64,000 nucleotides of DNA from Alphaproteobacteria bacterium GM7ARS4 (GTDB lineage: Bacteria > Pseudomonadota > Alphaproteobacteria > GM7ARS4), in NCBI GenBank assembly GCA_014332745.1, contig JACONL010000002.1:18371-82370 (forward strand), given 5' to 3'. A program made the translations under genes and the position numbers. This document shows, one piece after another, positions 10,262-20,130 of this stretch. The notes beneath the pieces are model-generated. The model made no database searches and was not told the DNA's origin. It worked only from the letters and a program-made list of their open reading frames with translations. Within the stretch, counting starts at the first letter, position 1; each line of letters begins with the position of its first letter.

Positions 10262-11086
10262 ATGCCGTTATGTCCTATGCGTCATCCTTTCGACCATGTT
10301 GCCCGTAGGCGTTTTCGTGAGCGGAGTTGCGCCCATCCTCTATGCTATGACTATGTCTCGACACAGGCTGCCATGCGCCTCTATGAGCGCCTTGCCGATG
10401 TTAAGCGTTGTTTTGATAACGTCCTTATCATCGATGCCCGCTGTGGCACATTGGGGCATGCCCTTTCTTCTCGTCATCCCATCGAACGTCTCGTCATGCT
10501 CGATGAATCTTACGGGTTTTCCTCTCTCTGTGCCAAGAGAAGCAAGCGTTTTCCTATGGCAAAAGAACAACATTGTATCACGGCATGTGCCGAGATGCTT
10601 CCCTTTGACGCATGCGCCTTCGATGTCATTATTGTCAATTATGGCTTGCATCTGCTCAATGATATTGTGGGGGCATTGGCGCAATTGCGCCGTTGTCTCG
10701 CCCATGATGGCCTCTTCATGGCGACGATGGCGGGGCATGGGAGTTTAGCGTCCTTAGGCGAGATTCTTATCCATGCTGAATTGGCATGTCGACAGGGTGC
10801 GAGCACACGTATCATGCCGCTCCCGCGCATGCAAGATTGCCCGTCTTTACTGAAACGCGCGGGATTTCAACATCATGTCGTCGATGAGGATGTCTTGACA
10901 TACCAAGAAGACGACTTCTCTCGTGTCATAGACATCCTACGGGCAACTGGCGAACAGAATTGCCTCGAGACGCGTTGCCGTGCCTTCGCCCCTTCAGCGC
11001 TCTTTCGCCATGCCGAACAAAGATGGCAAGAGAGCTCACGCACCCTGACGTGGCAATTGCTCACCCTGACAGCTTGGCAACATTAG
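10262..11086 (+). CDS. class I SAM-dependent methyltransferase (conserved alphaproteobacterial, function unknown)
   Basis: 274 aa; VLIIDARCGTLGHAL glycine-rich motif, divergent from comF. Confidence 0.6.
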   Translation: MPLCPMRHPFDHVARRRFRERSCAHPLCYDYVSTQAAMRLYERLADVKRCFDNVLIIDARCGTLGHALSSRHPIERLVMLDESYGFSSLCAKRSKRFPMAKEQHCITACAEMLPFDACAFDVIIVNYGLHLLNDIVGALAQLRRCLAHDGLFMATMAGHGSLASLGEILIHAELACRQGASTRIMPLPRMQDCPSLLKRAGFQHHVVDEDVLTYQEDDFSRVIDILRATGEQNCLETRCRAFAPSALFRHAEQRWQESSRTLTWQLLTLTAWQH

Positions 11087-11097
11087 CCTCTTCTGTG

Positions 11098-11169
11098 CTG
11101 GGGCGGCAGGATTCGAACCTGCGCATGGCGGGATCAAAACCCGCTGCCTTACCGCTTGGCTACGCCCCA
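11098..11169 (-). tRNA. tRNA-Gln (anticodon UUG), no encoded CCA
   Basis: Reverse complement reads TGGGGCGTAGCCAAGCGGTAAGGCAGCGGGTTTTGATCCCGCCATGCGCAGGTTCGAATCCTGCCGCCCCAG: 7 bp acceptor stem, GGTTCGAATCC T-loop, anticodon loop TTTTGAT. Confidence 0.85.
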
Positions 11170-11190
11170 CGCATGCGCCCCCCTCCCGCC

Positions 11191-11811
11191 TCAGTAAAGA
11201 TTTTGTGCCGAGACCATCGAATAGAGCATGGGAATGGAGAGTGCCGTATTGATACGGGAAAACATCATCGCTGTTGTCGCTGAGGCTTTCTTCTGCGCAT
11301 CACTGGCCTTCACAATGCCTAAGGCGCGTTTCTGATGAGGCCATATGACAGCCCATACATTAAGGAGCATGATAATCCCCAACCACATGCCGATACCAAT
11401 GGCAACAGAACGTTCGCTGGCATAAGGGTCCATCAAGCCTAATGTCAGTGCATCCACGAGATAACCACTGAGCATGGCAAGGATAAGCCCTGTCACAAGA
11501 GTCGCCACAGCCGCCCAACGAAACCAAAACAACGCTCTTGGTGCGATGACTTGGGTGATGGCTGGCTTTTGCGCATCACTGATGGATGGCATGCTCGGTA
11601 TCTGCACGAAATTGAAATACCACAAAAGCCCTATCCACATAATGCCTGAAAGCACATGCAGCCAACGGAACAGAAATGCCCACCCTGCTTGGTCAAATTG
11701 CGGGAAATCCAGCACCAGAAGCAAGCCTAAAAGCAAACCGACGCCAAGTAACAGCGCGTTCGAGAGTTTTTGGAAGAATTTTGCCATCGCGATCGTCTCC
11801 TTGTTAAACAT
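11191..11811 (-). CDS. conserved integral membrane protein (COG3748/urate-hydroxylase-N-terminal-domain-like)
   Basis: 206 aa, about 5 hydrophobic segments, motif WLHVLSGIMWIGLLWYFNFVQIP; function call tentative. Confidence 0.5.
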   Translation of the reverse strand: MFNKETIAMAKFFQKLSNALLLGVGLLLGLLLVLDFPQFDQAGWAFLFRWLHVLSGIMWIGLLWYFNFVQIPSMPSISDAQKPAITQVIAPRALFWFRWAAVATLVTGLILAMLSGYLVDALTLGLMDPYASERSVAIGIGMWLGIIMLLNVWAVIWPHQKRALGIVKASDAQKKASATTAMMFSRINTALSIPMLYSMVSAQNLY

Positions 11812-11908
11812 TGTGCCCCGATACCACCCTCCCCACCCTTAAAGGGACAATGACATCATGGCGAGTCTATATGAAACGATGCCTCTTGTCCTCACTATTT
11901 TTAGCACG

Positions 11909-12415
11909 TCACTTGACGGTGATGGTGATAGGCTCAGAATGGAGTGACGGAATGGGATAGTGATAGGCATCGCCCAGCACAAGACGCAAAACATACGCGC
12001 CGGGCCTGAGGTCCAGCTCTGTTTCCGTCTGTCCGCCGCCAAAATGAAGCAGGGTCTCGCTAAACGCCATCTCCGTTCCCGCCTCAGGCAATGCTGTCGC
12101 CTCAGGGTCGTCAGACGGACGTATGACAAGGTGATGATGTCCCGTCCCCTCTAACTCAATGCCAGCAGGCGCAATGCCAAAATTCTTTAAGCCAAAACGC
12201 ACCTTCACAGGACTCGTGACGATAGCGCCATCCGTGGGCGTGATGAAATAGACGGAAGGAGCGTCAGTGGCCTCAGTGTCATCCATCATCATATGCGCCA
12301 TGCTCTCAGTCGCCCCATAGGCTACATAGGCAAGGCATAACGGACACAGGATGGAAAGACAACGCCAGACGCTGACACAAGAGATAGAACGTAAAAGACT
12401 CATGAATGCTGTCAT
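11909..12415 (-). CDS. exported protein with GHHH motif (DUF4399-like)
   Basis: Signal-peptide-like N-terminus from internal Met (MTAFMSLLRS...), conserved IELEGTGHHHLVI motif; family assignment from memory. Confidence 0.5.
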   Translation of the reverse strand: MTAFMSLLRSISCVSVWRCLSILCPLCLAYVAYGATESMAHMMMDDTEATDAPSVYFITPTDGAIVTSPVKVRFGLKNFGIAPAGIELEGTGHHHLVIRPSDDPEATALPEAGTEMAFSETLLHFGGGQTETELDLRPGAYVLRLVLGDAYHYPIPSLHSEPITITVK

Positions 12416-12510
12416 ATCCTTTCTTCGGTATATGGGATGGTGGCGGTATGATGGATGACTATATGATATATGTGGCAAGATGTCACCCTTTTTAAAGAGA
12501 TGGAGCGATC

Positions 12511-13473
12511 ATGGCAGACACAACAAAAAAAGAGAAAACACGGCTTCTTATCATAGGGACGGGCCCCGCTGGCTGTACCGCTGCCATCTATGCTGCTCGC
12601 GCCAATTTAGCGCCTCTCTTGGTGAGTGGGTTAGCGCCGGGCGGACAACTCACCATCACCACCGACGTCGAGAACTATCCGGGCTTTGTGGATGCCGTTC
12701 AAGGGCCAGACCTCATGGAGTCGATGCAACGTCAGGCGTCTCGTATGGGGGCGCGTCTCATGCGCGAGAGCATTGTGCGCCTCGATGTCTCACAAAACCC
12801 CATGACGGCTTGGTGCGATGGCGGCGGCCTCATCGAGGCGGATGCTATCATCATTGCGACAGGGGCAAAGGCGCGATGGTTAGGGTTGCCTAGTGAAGCG
12901 TATTACAAAGGCTATGGCGTGTCCGCATGTGCCACATGTGATGGCTTTTTCTATCGGGGCAAACATGTTGTCGTTATCGGTGGTGGCAATACAGCCGTTG
13001 AGGAGGCGCTTTATCTGACGCGCCATGCGTCGCATGTGACTCTCATGCACCGCCGTCATCGCCTACGCGCTGAACAATGCCTACAAGACCGACTCAGAGC
13101 TTATGAATCTCGTGGCAAGGTCACGATCATGTGGGACCATGTCTTGCGAGAGGTCTATGGCACGAAAGACCCACGCGCCGTACAAGGGATTGTCGTTGAG
13201 CATAGCAAGAATGGCACAACACGCCGCCTTGACGTAGAGGGTGTCTTTGTCGCTATTGGCCATGACCCCGCCACGGAGATTTTCCGCACACTCCTCGAAT
13301 GCGATGAAGATGGTTATATTAAAGTCGCCCCCGGAAGCACGCAGACATCTGTTGCGGGCGTCTTTGCGGCGGGTGATGTGTGTGATAAAATCTATCGCCA
13401 AGCCGTCACAGCCGCTGGCATGGGCTGTATGGCCGCATTGGACGTGGAACGTTTCCTGACATCAACGTCATAG
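12511..13473 (+). CDS. trxB: thioredoxin-disulfide reductase
   Basis: LLIIGTGPAGCTAAIYAARA, redox-active CATCDGFF, VVVIGGGNTAVEEALYL. Confidence 0.92.
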   Translation: MADTTKKEKTRLLIIGTGPAGCTAAIYAARANLAPLLVSGLAPGGQLTITTDVENYPGFVDAVQGPDLMESMQRQASRMGARLMRESIVRLDVSQNPMTAWCDGGGLIEADAIIIATGAKARWLGLPSEAYYKGYGVSACATCDGFFYRGKHVVVIGGGNTAVEEALYLTRHASHVTLMHRRHRLRAEQCLQDRLRAYESRGKVTIMWDHVLREVYGTKDPRAVQGIVVEHSKNGTTRRLDVEGVFVAIGHDPATEIFRTLLECDEDGYIKVAPGSTQTSVAGVFAAGDVCDKIYRQAVTAAGMGCMAALDVERFLTSTS

Positions 13474-14427
13474 GCTCAATAGGGCTGTGATCATGCGGTG
13501 GATGGGAACGGGAATAGTCTTTTTTTCTGCTAAACGCGCCAATCCTCCTGATAGCCAAGGTAGTTCCAGCGGGCGTCCTCGCTCTCTATCCAGACTCATG
13601 GAGGCGCGATAGGAGGCGGGCAAGGATGATGCCGTTTTCATCCATGTGACTTTGGGGCTTTCTGGAAAAGATATGCCATAGGCGCGTGCCACGCGTTCTC
13701 CCTCGTCTAATCCTTCCTCGAAGAGCCGCCATGTGGGGGGGTGAGAACGCAATACCCCAAGGGGCTGTTGCGTCAATGTCGTCAGGCCACTAAATGTCGT
13801 GAGAAAAATGAATTTGTCCCAGAGCATACGCGCCATCACGTCCTTAGGCACTTGGCGGCATTGTATGGATGCCTCTTTCCCGTAGGCAATGAAGGCGTCC
13901 AGCAACGCCTCGTCTTTCTTATCCGAGACGGCAAAGGAGAAACGGGCAAGGTTGCCATTCAAGCATATGACACCAGCCTCTTTCACGAAAGAAGAGATAT
14001 GGGCAACACCCATCCCAATGCGATGGTGGGGGACGTCACGCGTCAATAGAGACGTCACCTCAACGCCATTTTGCAGGGGAAGGACGAGGGTGGGTCGTTT
14101 GAGCGCACGGAGCAGCGCGCACGCGCTCTCATAATCCGTCATTTTAACACAGAAAAGGACAATATCAGGGTGAAAAGACGGCATGGACGGACTTGCCGTG
14201 AGGGCGCGACATCGTCTATCAGCTCGCGCCTCTGTCCCTTCATGCGTCAAGGTGAGCCCATGCCGTTGGATATGACGTCCATGGGTGCCTCTGGCGACAC
14301 AATGGAGGCGTCGAGACGACCCATGAGCCTCATGAGCCTCATGAGCGTGATGTCGCCCGTGAAAAGCGCCCAGCATGCTGGCGAGATAGCCACCAATACC
14401 GCCAGCGCCGATAATGACAATGTTCAT
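13468..14427 (-). CDS. panE: 2-dehydropantoate 2-reductase (PanE/ApbA family) carrying a His-rich insertion
   Basis: MNIVIIGAGGIGGYLA Rossmann start at 14427; followed by insertion HGRHHAHEAHEAH encoded by 3 tandem 9-nt units. Confidence 0.75.
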   Translation of the reverse strand: MNIVIIGAGGIGGYLASMLGAFHGRHHAHEAHEAHGSSRRLHCVARGTHGRHIQRHGLTLTHEGTEARADRRCRALTASPSMPSFHPDIVLFCVKMTDYESACALLRALKRPTLVLPLQNGVEVTSLLTRDVPHHRIGMGVAHISSFVKEAGVICLNGNLARFSFAVSDKKDEALLDAFIAYGKEASIQCRQVPKDVMARMLWDKFIFLTTFSGLTTLTQQPLGVLRSHPPTWRLFEEGLDEGERVARAYGISFPESPKVTWMKTASSLPASYRASMSLDRERGRPLELPWLSGGLARLAEKKTIPVPIHRMITALLSL

Positions 14428-15050
14428 GATGTCTTGCCTACGGGTGTCGCGTGTTCTTGCTGATGGCCATGTGGCTGGCCCCATGTGTGGCTCAGCGCAC
14501 GTATCACTCTGGGATAGAGGATATGTTCTTGTTCTAAAATCCGCGCTGCCAGACGTTCTGGCGTGTCGTCTTGTGCTACAGGAACAGAGATATGGTCGAT
14601 GACGTCGCCTCCGTCCATCTCTTTCACCACATAGTGGACAGAACAGCCTGAAGAGGATTCTCCCGCCGCAATGACGCGCCTATGGACATCTAACCCCTTA
14701 TAAGCGGGAAGAAGGGACGGATGGATGTTGATGATACGTCCTTGATAGCTGGCGATAAATTCTTCCGTGAGAAGGCGGTCATAGCCAGCAAGGCACAATA
14801 AATCTGGCGTATGGGGACGCAAGGCGTCATGGAGCGCATGCTCATGGGCAACCCTTGTGCCATACTCTGCCGAGTCCACACAATGGGTGTCAATGCCAAA
14901 GGTGCGGGCAATGGATAAGGCGGGAACAGAAGGATGATTGCTGATAACAATGGCAATACGGGCGGGATAGTCTGTCTCTTGACATGCGTGCGCTATGCTT
15001 TTGAGATTGCTTCCACGCCCCGATACAAGAATGGCAAGGTTGAGACGCAT
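14424..15050 (-). CDS. purN: phosphoribosylglycinamide formyltransferase
   Basis: LAILVSGRGSNL, INIHPSLLPAYKG motifs. Confidence 0.9.
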   Translation of the reverse strand: MRLNLAILVSGRGSNLKSIAHACQETDYPARIAIVISNHPSVPALSIARTFGIDTHCVDSAEYGTRVAHEHALHDALRPHTPDLLCLAGYDRLLTEEFIASYQGRIINIHPSLLPAYKGLDVHRRVIAAGESSSGCSVHYVVKEMDGGDVIDHISVPVAQDDTPERLAARILEQEHILYPRVIRALSHTWGQPHGHQQEHATPVGKTS

Positions 15051-15078
15051 AACAGGGGCATGACGTCACAGAGAGTCG

Positions 15079-16158
15079 TTATATGTTGTCATGGAAATAG
15101 CGCACGGCTTCTTGGCCGTCCTTTCTTGCCGTTATCTGCCCTATCTCGAAGGCTGGGGGGTGGTGTTTCTTGGCTTTGTCGACATGGTTCGCGTCGACAA
15201 TGGCAACCATGCCGATACCGCTATTAAAGACATGACGCCATTCCTCTTCATCCATACGCGCCTTTTGAGCAAGTGCTTTCTGTAGGGGGGGGATGGTCCA
15301 AGCCTTCACGTTGATGTCAGCCTTCCATTCATGGCTGAACATGCGCGGGATATTTTCATTCAAGCCACCCCCCGTGATATGGGCAAATCCCTTCGCCAAG
15401 CCTGCGCGGACGAGTGCATAACATGGTGTCGTATAGAGTTCTGTCGGTGTCAGCAACTGCTCTCGCAAAGATTTTGTGTCGCCATCGAGGAAGGGTCTGT
15501 CTATATCGATGGCATGCTCCTCGATGATACGCCGTATCAAAGAAAAGCCATTGGCATGGACACCAGAGGAAGGAAACGCGAGGAGCGTATCGCCCTCTTG
15601 CAAGGCGGGTTTCTTGGTGTGGTAATAGCGCGGGATAGCACCGACAGCAAAGCCCGCAATGTCATAATGCCCTTTTTGATACAAGCCCGGCATCTCTGCC
15701 GTCTCGCCTCCCACCAACGCGCAACCGCATGCCTGACATGCATGACGGATACCATCCAGCACATGGCGCGCCGACTCGATGTCCAATTGTCCACATGCAT
15801 AATAGTCGAGGAAAAACAGAGGACGCCCTCCCATGCTCGCGATATCATTGACGCACATCGCCACGACGTCCATGCCGATATGCTGGTGGTGCTGTGGGGT
15901 CTGGGCAAGCAATAATTTCGTGCCAACGCCATCACAACATGAGACGAGAAAGGGGTTGCGTCCCAATGATTTATCTACATCTTCAATCTTGGATGTATCG
16001 AGCACGCTACCGAATCCGCCAAGCACCAGTGCCCCCGTCTCTGCTAAGCCATTATGGGTTGCTTGTGCCATTGGCTCGATACAGGACACAAAGTCTTGTC
16101 CTTTCCGTGTATCAACCCCCGCATGACGATAGGCAGATGATGCGTCAGTGTGTGGCAT
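15079..16158 (-). CDS. purM: phosphoribosylformylglycinamidine cyclo-ligase (AIR synthetase)
   Basis: SAYRHAGVDTRKG...GGFGS...DGVGTKL...ALVGGETAEMPG motifs; ORF track N-terminal extension likely not translated. Confidence 0.92.
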   Translation of the reverse strand: MPHTDASSAYRHAGVDTRKGQDFVSCIEPMAQATHNGLAETGALVLGGFGSVLDTSKIEDVDKSLGRNPFLVSCCDGVGTKLLLAQTPQHHQHIGMDVVAMCVNDIASMGGRPLFFLDYYACGQLDIESARHVLDGIRHACQACGCALVGGETAEMPGLYQKGHYDIAGFAVGAIPRYYHTKKPALQEGDTLLAFPSSGVHANGFSLIRRIIEEHAIDIDRPFLDGDTKSLREQLLTPTELYTTPCYALVRAGLAKGFAHITGGGLNENIPRMFSHEWKADINVKAWTIPPLQKALAQKARMDEEEWRHVFNSGIGMVAIVDANHVDKAKKHHPPAFEIGQITARKDGQEAVRYFHDNI

Positions 16159-16302
16159 GCGTGTCGCTCTGAGGTGTCTGTCGTGAGGTATCATAAGACG
16201 TTATTGCTCCTTTGTGCCTCTCTTGAGATATAACACATAAAAAAAAGAGGGGTCGACAAAAATCGCTCCTGTGGTGGCTCATAACGCAAGACTTGGCAAA
16301 CC

Positions 16303-17532
16303 ATGAATCATGTCTTATTTTACGCCCATGAGAATTTTATCCGAAAAATGGTGCGTTCCTTGCCTTCTTTGTTGAGACGTCCCTCTCAGTGCATGTCGTG
16401 GATGGCCACGTGTCTTATGGGGATGTTGCTCCCATCGCACGCCTCAGCCCTACAGGAGGCTGACGCCTATGTTGTGCCTGATGTCACAATCGATATTGCC
16501 GCTGGCTCTATCGCCTCAGCGCGCCAAGAAGCGCTCATCAGCACCCGCACCGACGCCTTTCGCTTGCTGTTGACATCCCTCACATTGACGGAAGACCACG
16601 AACGCCTCCCTGAGATCGCTATCTCAGATATTCGCCTCTTCGCCTTAGGGCTCGACATCAATGAAGAGCGCTTTACCCAAGATAACTATTTTGCCCGCAT
16701 GACATGGCGTTTCGATAAACCATTGGTGCAGGAATTATTGAGTCAGCTGAGTATTCCCTTTGTTGCCAGTGATGCCGGTAAAGTCGTCATTCTCCCCCTC
16801 TATCGTCAAGCAGGGATTTCTCTCCTGTGGGATTCTGCAAACCCATGGCTTCAAGCATGGAAGCATGTTCCCGTCACGTCTCCCTTTTATCGTCATTCTG
16901 TGCCAGAGAATGTGCCATCGGAACTCGTAGGAAAAGAAGAAGCGACAAATCCCACAGAAGATTTGGCAGCCCTCGCCCATGCGCTCGAAGCCCAACATCT
17001 TGTTGTTGCCATCTTACAGCCCACCCTCGATACGGAAGGCAAAATCAATCTCTTACGCATAGAGGTCTTGGAATATCATTTTTCTGTGAAACAGCTCCCG
17101 CCAGACCATGTCTCCATGTTCCTATCGCGCAAACAGGGAGAGCATGAGAGCGCTTTCTTCATTCGAGCAGCCGAAAAAACGCACGCAACCCTCGAGGAAC
17201 GCTGGAAACGCCTCAATCTCTATGCGCCCGGTGATGACAATGTCGTGGGAAGAATCAAAGTCAAAGTGTTTTATCAAGGATTCGCTGATTGGATACGCAT
17301 GAAAGAACGGGTGGAAAAAAATCCCGTCATATCAAGGGTGAACATTGTCTCGCTGTCACGCGACTACGCTTTGCTCGATGCCTATGTGGCCGCGAGCCTT
17401 CCTATCTTTAGGCGTCAATTGAGCAGTCAAGGCATGGAGCTGTTCTTCCACCAAGAAGACAAACTATGGCTTCTTTTCGATAGCGACTACCCATGCCCCT
17501 TACGAGAAAAAGAAGGAGCAGACCCGTGCTAG
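16303..17532 (+). CDS. DUF2066-domain exported protein (conserved, uncharacterised)
   Basis: 409 aa, signal-peptide-like N-terminus; conserved partner of the downstream CDP-alcohol phosphatidyltransferase, divergent from purM in many alphaproteobacteria (from memory). Confidence 0.6.
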   Translation: MNHVLFYAHENFIRKMVRSLPSLLRRPSQCMSWMATCLMGMLLPSHASALQEADAYVVPDVTIDIAAGSIASARQEALISTRTDAFRLLLTSLTLTEDHERLPEIAISDIRLFALGLDINEERFTQDNYFARMTWRFDKPLVQELLSQLSIPFVASDAGKVVILPLYRQAGISLLWDSANPWLQAWKHVPVTSPFYRHSVPENVPSELVGKEEATNPTEDLAALAHALEAQHLVVAILQPTLDTEGKINLLRIEVLEYHFSVKQLPPDHVSMFLSRKQGEHESAFFIRAAEKTHATLEERWKRLNLYAPGDDNVVGRIKVKVFYQGFADWIRMKERVEKNPVISRVNIVSLSRDYALLDAYVAASLPIFRRQLSSQGMELFFHQEDKLWLLFDSDYPCPLREKEGADPC

Positions 17533-18113
17533 AGACAAAAAGACAAGAATCGCACACATCCATCGTGCTGTCTTATGCCAATGTCGTGTCACTGGTGCGC
17601 CTTGTGTCAGCCCCTGTCGTCCTATGGCTTATTTTGGAGTCTCACATTGTCATCGCATCGATGCTCTTCGTGCTGGCGGCTTTGACGGACATGATTGATG
17701 GCGTCCTTGCCCGCTTTCACAACGAGACGAGCCACGTAGGTGTCTATCTTGACCCCCTTGCTGATAAGGTGCTCCTTCTTTGTGTCTATGTCACCATTGG
17801 TGTCATGGCGTGGCTTCCCCTATGGTTCGTTATTATCATCGTCTTTCGTGATATGTTTATCATTGTCGGCATTGTCATGGCGTATCTGTTGGAACAAAAG
17901 CGCGCCGATGTGAAGCCTCTCTTTATCAGTAAAGTCAATACGGCATTGCAATTTGCTCTCGCCTTGTGGGTTTTGTTGGGACAAACAGGGGTGGCAACGC
18001 CAATGATGGCCGCCTTCCCCTATCATCATCTCTATACCGACATTGGCGTTGTCGTCGTGGCGACAACAACCGTCATATCAGGACTGCTGTATCTCAGAAA
18101 ATGGTGGGGATAG
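17493..18113 (+). CDS. CDP-alcohol phosphatidyltransferase family protein
   Basis: DMIDGVLARFHNETSHVGVYLDPLADK = D-G-x2-A-R-x8-G-x3-D-x3-D signature; several TM helices; true start probably downstream of 17493. Confidence 0.75.
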   Translation: MPLTRKRRSRPVLETKRQESHTSIVLSYANVVSLVRLVSAPVVLWLILESHIVIASMLFVLAALTDMIDGVLARFHNETSHVGVYLDPLADKVLLLCVYVTIGVMAWLPLWFVIIIVFRDMFIIVGIVMAYLLEQKRADVKPLFISKVNTALQFALALWVLLGQTGVATPMMAAFPYHHLYTDIGVVVVATTTVISGLLYLRKWWG

Positions 18114-18115
18114 GG

Positions 18116-19186
18116 TTAGGGGCATGGGTTGGGTGTCTCAAGATGGACAGCGTTGATGTCGTCCATCATGGCGGGGGATAGGGTGAGAAACGCGCTATCG
18201 ATATTGCTCTTGAGTTGTTCCATGCTTGTGGCGCCGATAATGGTGCTGGTGAGCCATGGCCGCTGATGAATGAAGGCTAGCGCCATCTGCGCCGCATCGA
18301 GCTTGTATTTTTTGGCAATATCGAGATACGCCTGCGTGATACGCGTCGCCTTCGGGTGGGTATAGCGCCCAAAAAGCTCACCATAGAGAGTCAGACGCGC
18401 CTTTGCCGGCTTAGCATCCCCCGCATATTTACCACTCAAAACGCCAAAGCCCAGAGGCGAATAGGCAAGCAAGCCACATGACTCTCGCAAGGCAACCTCC
18501 GCCAACCCCACGTCAAAACTGCGATTGAGAAGATTGTACGGATTTTGCACCGACACGATACGCGCCAAGCCTCGCGCTGACGCCACATGTAAAAAACGCA
18601 TAACACCCCATGGCGTCTCATTGGAGACGCCAATGGCGCGCACCTTGCCCGCCTTGACAAAGCCATCCAACGTCTCTAGCTGCTCCTCTATGGCATGGAC
18701 GTCCTCACTATCTGCCTTGCCCTCATAGTCGAGAGCGCCAAAAAAATTCGCCGCCCTATCAGGCCAATGCAACTGGTAAAGGTCAATATAATCCGTGCCA
18801 AGCCTTTCTAAACTTCCCTCGAGGGCGTCCGTTATCTGTTGACGGCTGAGCTGCGACCCGCCACGAATCCATGCCATCCCACTGCGCCCTGTCACCTTCG
18901 TGGCGAGAATGACACGGGAACGATTTTGACGCGCCTTGAACCACGCCCCGATGATACGCTCTGTCTCACCATAGGTCGACGCCTGAGGCGGAACGGGATA
19001 GAGCTCAGCGACGTCAAAGAAATTAATACCCCGAGAAAGAGCATAATCCATCTGCTCAAAGGCTTCTTCCTGCGTGTTCTGCTCTCCCCACGTCATCGTG
19101 CCTAAACATATCAGGCTGACTTTGATGCCACTCTTCCCCAAATCCCGATAAACCATATCGCTTGTCATATCCGCCATCATCACCAC
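18116..19186 (-). CDS. NADP(H)-dependent aldo-keto reductase (Tas-like)
   Basis: 356 aa; VSLICLGTMTWGEQNTQEEAFEQMDYALSRGINFFDVAELY typical AKR N-terminus. Confidence 0.85.
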   Translation of the reverse strand: MVMMADMTSDMVYRDLGKSGIKVSLICLGTMTWGEQNTQEEAFEQMDYALSRGINFFDVAELYPVPPQASTYGETERIIGAWFKARQNRSRVILATKVTGRSGMAWIRGGSQLSRQQITDALEGSLERLGTDYIDLYQLHWPDRAANFFGALDYEGKADSEDVHAIEEQLETLDGFVKAGKVRAIGVSNETPWGVMRFLHVASARGLARIVSVQNPYNLLNRSFDVGLAEVALRESCGLLAYSPLGFGVLSGKYAGDAKPAKARLTLYGELFGRYTHPKATRITQAYLDIAKKYKLDAAQMALAFIHQRPWLTSTIIGATSMEQLKSNIDSAFLTLSPAMMDDINAVHLETPNPCP

Positions 19187-19333
19187 ACTAATTCCTTCTT
19201 GACATATCCCCTTTTTCCCTCTACATGAGTAGCGTCATCTGTTCGTCTTGTCAACCTCTTGAGGAAGGGGGGTGATGGGGCGGTTGATGGCGGGGAGGGA
19301 GAGAGAAAATGATAACCAGGAGGTAGGAAAAAT

Positions 19334-20101
19334 ATGGCTTCTTTTGATTATAGGACACAGACGCAAGCGGGGAGGGACGTTGCGTTCAGTCAGGGTTTGC
19401 GTACCCACATGCTCCAAGTATATAACTACATGGCGTCTGGATTGTTCTTGACGGGGATTGTGGCGTGGCTGGCTTTTAATAATGCCGTTGTTGTTAATGG
19501 CGCTGGCGACATCACGGGTCTCACGTCCTTCGGGGATTCCATCTATAACAGCGGTTTGCGCTGGGTTATCATGTTTGCTCCCCTTGCCTTTATGTTGGTG
19601 CTGAGTTTTGGCGTGGAACGTTTGCGTTATAACACCCTTCAACTCATCTTCTGGGCATTCTCAGTGGCTATGGGCCTGTCTCTTGCGTCCATCTTCATGG
19701 TCTATACGGGCAATTCCATCGCCCGTGTCTTCTTCATCACAGCCGCCTCTTTTGCTGGCTTGAGCCTCTATGGCTACACCACGCAAAGAGACCTGACGGG
19801 CTTTGGCACATTCCTCATTATGGGACTCATTGGCCTGATCGTGGCGAGTATCGTCAATATCTTCTTGGCGTCCAGCATGCTCCACTTTATCATTTCCGTC
19901 GTCGGCGTTCTCGTTTTCGCCGGGCTGACAGCCTATGACACGCAGAATATCAAGCGCCTTTACCTGACCCATGCCAGTCAGGGCTCGGTAGGCGGGGAAG
20001 AGGTGAGAGGTAAGATGGTCGTGATGGGTGCTGTCAGCTTGTATCTCGACTTTATCAACCTGTTCCTCATGCTGTTACGCTTCTTTGGCGAACGACGCTA
20101 G
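19334..20101 (+). CDS. Bax inhibitor-1/YccA family membrane protein
   Basis: 255 aa, 7 TM, LQVYNYMASGLFLTGIVAW and C-terminal LYLDFINLFLMLLRFFG. Confidence 0.85.
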   Translation: MASFDYRTQTQAGRDVAFSQGLRTHMLQVYNYMASGLFLTGIVAWLAFNNAVVVNGAGDITGLTSFGDSIYNSGLRWVIMFAPLAFMLVLSFGVERLRYNTLQLIFWAFSVAMGLSLASIFMVYTGNSIARVFFITAASFAGLSLYGYTTQRDLTGFGTFLIMGLIGLIVASIVNIFLASSMLHFIISVVGVLVFAGLTAYDTQNIKRLYLTHASQGSVGGEEVRGKMVVMGAVSLYLDFINLFLMLLRFFGERR

Positions 20102-20130
20102 AGAGAAAGGGCTCACGGGCTCTTGTGAGG

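Noticed and set aside
10209-10748. 179-aa plus-strand ORF
   Set aside because: Alternative frame overlapping the SAM-dependent methyltransferase gene. Spurious.
11087-11200. Integrase or genomic island at tRNA-Gln
   Set aside because: No integrase, direct repeats or foreign-looking genes flank the tRNA. Neighbouring genes are conserved housekeeping loci.
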